The notes beneath the pieces were generated by a model. The model did no database searches and had not been told where the DNA came from. It saw only the letters and a list, made by a program, of their open reading frames with translations. Below are positions 58,495 through 64,000 of a DNA stretch of 64,000 bases, piece by piece. Position numbers and translations under genes: made by a program. The stretch's first letter is position 1, and the number at the start of each line of letters is the position of its first letter. The stretch covers positions 2,944,001 through 3,008,000 of the forward strand of contig JBKAGP010000001.1 in the NCBI GenBank assembly GCA_046290465.1. Direction: 5' to 3'. The DNA comes from Planctomycetota bacterium. Its GTDB lineage: Bacteria > Planctomycetota > UBA1135 > UBA2386.

Positions 58495-58935
58495 CTAGTG
58501 GTCTTCGTGGTGGTGCTCGAGTGCGGGGTTGTAGTTCTTCCCGCCAATCTCGATAGAGATCCGCCCCTCTGGGCCATGTTCCTTCAGAGCAGGGTCTGTC
58601 ACGGCAAAGGCTCCGGCCTCACCGCTGACCGCAGTTGTCGAGAGCACCTTGGGTCCCGAGTCCGTCGTCAGTTTGACTTGCGGGGCTTTTGCGCCCGTGA
58701 AGGCTGACTTCGCGTCCGGACCAAGAACGTAGATGGTCATCTTCCCCGCGGATTCGTCGTGCATGACTTCCAGATGCGCGACATGGTCACCCACCTCGAG
58801 AAGGTGGCCACCGTGCGGGCCTTCGTGGCCGTGCGCAGCTACACCGGACTTGCCTGGCTTTTCTTCGTGCTTCTCGTCGGAACAAGATGCAACGACAAGC
58901 AGCATCGGGAGTGCGATCGAAACGAACTTCATCAT
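58495..58935 (-). CDS. His-rich lipoprotein
   Basis: VASC lipobox; HGHEGPHGGHLLEVGDHVAHLEVMHD; C-terminal HHHEDH. Confidence 0.85.
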   Translation of the reverse strand: MMKFVSIALPMLLVVASCSDEKHEEKPGKSGVAAHGHEGPHGGHLLEVGDHVAHLEVMHDESAGKMTIYVLGPDAKSAFTGAKAPQVKLTTDSGPKVLSTTAVSGEAGAFAVTDPALKEHGPEGRISIEIGGKNYNPALEHHHEDH

Positions 58936-61900
58936 CAGTCTTCACCTTCTGGGGTTAGGCGTGGCCCACCGGCCAACGCAGGTTGCAATTGGTCATCCTC
59001 CTGCTCGTCAGGCAGGAGTTGCTTACGAATGTGCTCGATGTCTTCGTCCCGTACGGTCTCGCTGGCTAGCCTCTCAGCCTCTGCACGTCCAAACCGCCAG
59101 AACAGGCCAGGCATCACCAAGAAGTCGAGTAGCGTGTTCGTGACGAGGCCGCCGATGATCACGGTCGCCACCGGGTACAGGAGTTCTCGGCCAGGTTGAT
59201 CGGCAGCAAGTGCTAGCGGTACGAGGCCGATGCCGCTTGTGAGCGCGGTCATCAGCACGGGTACGATTCGTTCCTGTCCAGCGCGCACAAGCATCTCTAT
59301 GGAGAACGACTCGCCCTCCTCACGCATCAAGTGCATGTAGTGATCGACTAGCAGGATTGCGTTTCGAGCGGCTACGCCGAGCAAGGCGATGAAGCCAACG
59401 AGCGTCGCAACCGACATCACTTGCCCGCTCAGCACCACATATGCACCAGCGCCGATGAACGCCACTGGTCGAGTAAGCAGCACAAGCATCGCTAGCCGCA
59501 TGGACCGGAAGTGCATGTAGAGAATCAGCACCATCAAAACGATCGACAGCGCGCTCAGCGACATGATCAGTTGCGTCGCCTCTTGCTGTGCCTCGAACTG
59601 ACCGCTGATTCGAATTGTGTAGCCGGACATGGCCGCGAGCTTCTCGCGTACAGGCTCCAGCGCCGCGGTGACCTCGGTGACGACCTCGCCCAGTGAGCGC
59701 CCTCCTACGTTGTGCTGGACCACGATCCGGCGCTGCACATTCTCTCGGTTGATGTTGTTCGGAGTCTTCGACACCCGGACATCGGCAACGTCGGCGATTC
59801 GGACCAACGACGCGTCTCCGCGCCGCAAGTAGAGGCCTGCCAGTTGGGAGAGGTTCTGTCGGTCCTCCTCTCGCAAACGCACCTTGATCGGGTAGGCGAT
59901 CTGGCCGACCTGCAGTCGGGAGACCTCCTGACCTCCCATGGCAAGTTCGACAGTCTCCGCTAGTGTGTCGACACCGATGCCTTGGCGCGCGAGCTCGGTA
60001 CGCCGCGGCTTGACCTCCACTTGATCGATGAGCACTTGTGGCTCGGTGTAGAGGTCCCGAACCCCATCGATCGCCTTGACCTTGGCTTCGACCTCGGCCG
60101 CTGTGTCCCGAAGAACGTCAAGGTCCGGGCCGGCGATTTTGATCGCGACCTGCGCCGTGACGCCCGAAAGTAGGTGGCTTAGCAAGTGAGCGAGCGGTTG
60201 CTCTGCTGAATACGCCACGCCCGGGAACTCGTAGGACATCTTGTCGCGAATCTCTTCGATGACCTCCTCTCGAGACCGAGTCGAGTTCGGGTCGAAGTTC
60301 ACGATTGCTTCGCTCACACTGACCGGCATCGCGTGCTCATCCTGCGGAGCCCGACCGGTTCTTCGAGCCACGCTGCCGACGCCCTCGATGTCTTTGATCA
60401 GATCCTCCATGCGGCGGCCGAATCGGTCAGACGTTTTCAAGCTCGCATCGGGAGGAAGCACGATGTTCACCTGGGCCGTTCCTTCGTTGAACGGCGGCAA
60501 GAACGTCGACCCTGTGTTCATCAACAGAGTTCCGACGATCAGGAACGCAACGACGCATACCGCAAGGATGCGTTCCACGTGTCGGGTGCTGACGTGCACA
60601 CCAGAGGCCGCGGCAGCACGCAAGCGCGTGACCAACCAGCCGCCGTATCTCTCTTCGGAAGCTTGCTGTGCGCGTCGCCCCAGGAGGTAGTAGCAAAGCA
60701 CGGGCGTGACCGTCAGGGCCACGAGGGTCGACGCGAACACGCTGATAATGTAAGCAAGCCCGATTGGAGCGAAGAGCCTTCCCTCGATGCCACTCAAGAA
60801 GAACAGGGGCAGGTAGACGACTGTCACGAGAAGGGTGCCGTACATGACGGGCTTGCGAACCTCGCTCGATGCCACGAACAGAATCCAGAGCACGGGTTCC
60901 TTGCGCTCCCTGCGCGAGTTCTCGTGCAGACGCCGAAACACATTCTCCACGTCGACGATTGCGTCGTCGACGAGTGTCCCGATGGCCACGGCGAGACCAC
61001 CGAGGGTCATCGTGTTGATCGTCAGCCCGAATGCGGCGAAGACGAGTGAGGCGATCGCGACAGAGAGCGGAATCGCGGAGAGCGTGATGAACGTTGTCCG
61101 GAAGTTCAGCAGGAACAGGAACAGAATGATGACGACGAGGATGGCACCGTCCCGCACCGCCTCGAGCACGTTGTCGATGGCGCGCTCGATGAATGCGGCT
61201 TGCTGAAACACTCCGTCGTCCACGACGACGTCCTTCGGTAGCTCTCGCTGAATCTGCCGCAGCTCTGCGTTGACACGCTCGGTCAGTGCCAGAGTGTCGA
61301 TACCAGGCTGCTTCATGATCACCATCACGATGCCTGGCTCTCCGTTGATCCCGGCAGTGCCCGTCGGAATTGCCGCAGGTCCGAAGACGACATCCGCAAC
61401 GTCTTCGATCCGAATCGGGCGAACCGGGTCTTCTCGCACTACGGCTCCGGTCAGCTCCTCGGGTTTCTCCAGGAGGCCCGAGACAGCCACGAGGGGTCCC
61501 TTTGCACCAATGTTAAGGAAGCCGCCTGCCACATTGATGTTCGCACCCTCCGTGGCTTTCGCGACTTCCTGCAGGGTTACGTCGAACACACGGAGCTTGT
61601 CTGCGTCGACGACGACCTGCAGCTCCGATGGCTGGCCGCCAATAGTGATGACCTGCGCGATACCTGAGAGGGACAAGATCCGAGGTCGAACGTCTCGGTC
61701 GATCGTGCGGCGCAGCTCGAGGATGTCGGTCTCCCCGGTCTTGCTCTGAAACCCGATCATCTGCACCTGCCCCATGATGCTGCTGATCGGGGCGAGGATC
61801 GGCTGGACGTCGGGCGGCAATGCCGGTACCGCACTCTGGAGTTTCTCGGCAACGATCTGCCGGTCCAGGTAGATATCGGTTCCCCAGTCGAACTCGACGT

Positions 61901-62180
61901 AGACAACGGAGAGACCGAGCCCACTTGCAGAGCGTACTCGGAACACCCCCGTGGCACCGTTCATCACCTGTTCGATGGGCCAAGTGACGAGCCGCTCCAC
62001 GTCCTCGGGCACCATGCCGTGGGCTTCCGTCATGACCGTGACGATTGGTCGATTCAGGTCTGGAAGCACGTCGATCGGCGTATTCGCGGCCTTGAACAAC
62101 CCATACCCGCCAACCAACAGAGCAAAGAGAAGTACGATGGCGCGATTGGCCAAAGCCGCTGCGATGATTCGATTCAGCAT
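58935..62180 (-). CDS. CusA/CzcA-family heavy-metal RND permease (third system)
   Basis: IDVLPDLNRP, INTMTLGGLAVAIGTLVDDAIVDVEN, FLPPFNEG, DEHA, PVLMTALT. Confidence 0.94.
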   Translation of the reverse strand: MLNRIIAAALANRAIVLLFALLVGGYGLFKAANTPIDVLPDLNRPIVTVMTEAHGMVPEDVERLVTWPIEQVMNGATGVFRVRSASGLGLSVVYVEFDWGTDIYLDRQIVAEKLQSAVPALPPDVQPILAPISSIMGQVQMIGFQSKTGETDILELRRTIDRDVRPRILSLSGIAQVITIGGQPSELQVVVDADKLRVFDVTLQEVAKATEGANINVAGGFLNIGAKGPLVAVSGLLEKPEELTGAVVREDPVRPIRIEDVADVVFGPAAIPTGTAGINGEPGIVMVIMKQPGIDTLALTERVNAELRQIQRELPKDVVVDDGVFQQAAFIERAIDNVLEAVRDGAILVVIILFLFLLNFRTTFITLSAIPLSVAIASLVFAAFGLTINTMTLGGLAVAIGTLVDDAIVDVENVFRRLHENSRRERKEPVLWILFVASSEVRKPVMYGTLLVTVVYLPLFFLSGIEGRLFAPIGLAYIISVFASTLVALTVTPVLCYYLLGRRAQQASEERYGGWLVTRLRAAAASGVHVSTRHVERILAVCVVAFLIVGTLLMNTGSTFLPPFNEGTAQVNIVLPPDASLKTSDRFGRRMEDLIKDIEGVGSVARRTGRAPQDEHAMPVSVSEAIVNFDPNSTRSREEVIEEIRDKMSYEFPGVAYSAEQPLAHLLSHLLSGVTAQVAIKIAGPDLDVLRDTAAEVEAKVKAIDGVRDLYTEPQVLIDQVEVKPRRTELARQGIGVDTLAETVELAMGGQEVSRLQVGQIAYPIKVRLREEDRQNLSQLAGLYLRRGDASLVRIADVADVRVSKTPNNINRENVQRRIVVQHNVGGRSLGEVVTEVTAALEPVREKLAAMSGYTIRISGQFEAQQEATQLIMSLSALSIVLMVLILYMHFRSMRLAMLVLLTRPVAFIGAGAYVVLSGQVMSVATLVGFIALLGVAARNAILLVDHYMHLMREEGESFSIEMLVRAGQERIVPVLMTALTSGIGLVPLALAADQPGRELLYPVATVIIGGLVTNTLLDFLVMPGLFWRFGRAEAERLASETVRDEDIEHIRKQLLPDEQEDDQLQPALAGGPRLTPEGED

Positions 62181-62192
62181 CTGCCATCCCTC

Positions 62193-63818
62193 CTAGTGGT
62201 TGTGACCCGCATGAGCGTCGACCGCATCGCCGCTCTTCATGGCGAGCCCGAGCTCGAACGCTCCGGACATCACCACAGGATCGCCCGGGAACAGCGCGAC
62301 TTCCTTCGAGGCTGGAACAACCACGACTTCGTGATCCTGGTACGCCACGACAATCGGCACCGGCTTGAAGCTGTCGCCGTCTTGGAGGAAGACAACCTTG
62401 TTCGGCCCGTCTTCAGTTACAGCCGAAGCAGGTAGCACGTACACGTTCTCCATCTTCTGCGTGGGCACGTTCAGCAGATAGCGCAGCCCCTCGCGCAGCT
62501 TCCACGTGCGAGATTTCCGACCGCCGCCGCGGTCGATCTCAGACTGCGGTGTGTTAGCGACCTCAACGAAAGCGAGTGTGCCCTCGTTCTTGGTGGAGCT
62601 CTCGACGTAGCTGATCCGAAGCCCCTCGAGGACGGGCCCGGACCCCTTTACGAGTGGCGTCGCAGTGATGCTGTGGCCATCTCCTGCCGCAGCAAGCACC
62701 GACGCCACTTCTCCTCCAACGGGTTCAGTGCGCAACAGCAGACGCCGCGGGTCTCGCAGGACGATCAGCGCTTGACCTTCGCTGACCTTTGCTCCGCGCT
62801 TCACCTGCACATCGAGGACGTCCCACGTCCCGTCGTTGGTCGGGGCTTCGACACGAACGACAGGCTCCAAAGCGTTGAGTTTGTGGAGTCGCTTGAGGTC
62901 AGCAAGTGTGTGTCCACGCTGCAACAACACGCCGATGTCGAGAAAGTGTTGGGCAACGTCTTCTGACTTGACCCACTCCGTGAGCTCATCGGTCGCAAGA
63001 CCGCTCGCGGCGAGTTCACCGACAGTTGCAGTTGCCCAAGGTAGTTCGCGAATCGCTTCCGGAAGAACTGCGTTCAGCTTCTGCGCCGCCGCGGGCCAGA
63101 GCCCGTTCCTCGCTAGCGCACGCTGCCAAGTCTCTTCCGTGAACTCGGGCAGAGTCGCCCCTCCCTCAACATCGCGAATCTGCTCGTCCGAGAGCCCGTG
63201 CTTCTGAAGCTCCAGCCGAGCCTGTTCGTGTTCTTTCGTCGATCTCGAGAGCTGGTAGCGCAGATCGATAGCGCGCTGCCGCGGGAGAATGGGAAGCTCA
63301 CGCCCCCCGACGTTGCCGGTGAACTTCTCCACGCGCTTGAGCTCTGTGCTTGCGATGCGCACGTCCTCAGCAGACTTGCGCAGAAGCAACACGTTCTCAT
63401 GCAGACGCTCTTGGGCCGGGCGCAGCACATCGGCGGTCAGCGTTAGCGTTGGACGGGGAAGAGGATCACGCACCAACGTGACCACTGTTTTCTCCGGGGC
63501 CACGATAGTACCGGGTTCCACCTCGATGCTCTCGACGCGGCCACCAATCGGTGCAAACACCGGCTGCTCGGTGGAGGGCGTATCGACGATCACGGCCGCA
63601 ACGGAGGCCTTGCGAAAGTAGGTCGACGGCTCAACCTCCTCGATACGAATCCCTAGGTTCGTAATCGTTGCAGCCGGAAGATGCGGCCCGTGACTTGCGG
63701 CGCCCGCATCTTCTGCCGGCTTTGCCGCGTCACCTCCAGCTACCATTCCGCCAGTAAGGAGCCCTGCGACGGTGCACAAGGCGGCCACAACGGTGATCTC
63801 CCACCTGTGCTTTCTCAT
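62193..63818 (-). CDS. Atypical RND periplasmic adaptor
   Basis: N-terminal TM, VFAPIGGRVESI, VLPASAVTEDG, large helical insertion, C-terminal HAGHNH. Confidence 0.82.
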   Translation of the reverse strand: MRKHRWEITVVAALCTVAGLLTGGMVAGGDAAKPAEDAGAASHGPHLPAATITNLGIRIEEVEPSTYFRKASVAAVIVDTPSTEQPVFAPIGGRVESIEVEPGTIVAPEKTVVTLVRDPLPRPTLTLTADVLRPAQERLHENVLLLRKSAEDVRIASTELKRVEKFTGNVGGRELPILPRQRAIDLRYQLSRSTKEHEQARLELQKHGLSDEQIRDVEGGATLPEFTEETWQRALARNGLWPAAAQKLNAVLPEAIRELPWATATVGELAASGLATDELTEWVKSEDVAQHFLDIGVLLQRGHTLADLKRLHKLNALEPVVRVEAPTNDGTWDVLDVQVKRGAKVSEGQALIVLRDPRRLLLRTEPVGGEVASVLAAAGDGHSITATPLVKGSGPVLEGLRISYVESSTKNEGTLAFVEVANTPQSEIDRGGGRKSRTWKLREGLRYLLNVPTQKMENVYVLPASAVTEDGPNKVVFLQDGDSFKPVPIVVAYQDHEVVVVPASKEVALFPGDPVVMSGAFELGLAMKSGDAVDAHAGHNH

Positions 63819-64000
63819 CTCTCTACTCCTTGTTCTTCGCTTGCGTTGTCTTTGATGAGCTCTCTTGGCGGCGTACGACCGCCTGCTTCAGGGTCCGAAC
63901 CGAATCGGACTAGAGGCATTCCGACTGCCTTCTCGAGGTCCGACCACGCCAAGTGCTGCGCAAGCCGAGCCTCGAGGACTTCGACTTGCACCTGTCGAAG
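63815..64000 (-). CDS. C-terminal fragment of a probable TolC-family protein (partial)
   Basis: LRQVQVEVLEARLAQHLAWSDLEKAVG... ends in a TGA overlapping the adaptor ATG (ATGA). Confidence 0.7.
   Translation of the reverse strand, partial: LRQVQVEVLEARLAQHLAWSDLEKAVGMPLVRFGSDPEAGGRTPPRELIKDNASEEQGVER

Noticed and set aside
1..64000. Integrase, transposase, IS ends or att sites delimiting the island
   Set aside because: None recognised in the window, so mobility is inferred only from backbone-type genes

Overview
High-GC bacterial accessory DNA; several gene families look Planctomycetota-like, but that is inference only. The window has three blocks. (1) 1-8.4 kb looks like a plasmid/ICE backbone: an HTH Rep-like gene divergent from parA plus a small partner gene, an orphan amino-DNA methyltransferase, two paralogous small SSB-like genes, radC, and repeated structured intergenic modules. 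(2) 8.9-25.2 kb is a defence-island-like block: an RloC-like AAA_13 ATPase, an XRE / B12-radical-SAM / orphan ClpX-like module, a Gp37/Gp68-family gene, a Hachiman hamAB pair, and an M41-like peptidase coupled to a DUF4062 gene. (3) 25.3-64 kb is a heavy-metal island: CorE-like ECF sigma, Cu P1B-ATPase, YHS-like proteins, a multicopper oxidase with a beta-barrel-like tail, a sigma-54 two-component system facing a Cus-type RND operon, an ArsR-led Czc-type operon, a P1B-4 ATPase and a third RND system. The strongest hidden signal is two genes that the ORF track breaks. Both encode exported heavy-metal-associated (HMA) domain proteins with an in-frame TGA at the first Cys of the CxxC motif (T-U-G-G-C), and each TGA is followed by a SECIS-like hairpin. 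They are probable selenocysteine metallochaperones, one with two Sec residues. No integrase, T4SS, rRNA, tRNA, CRISPR array or sel genes were recognised.
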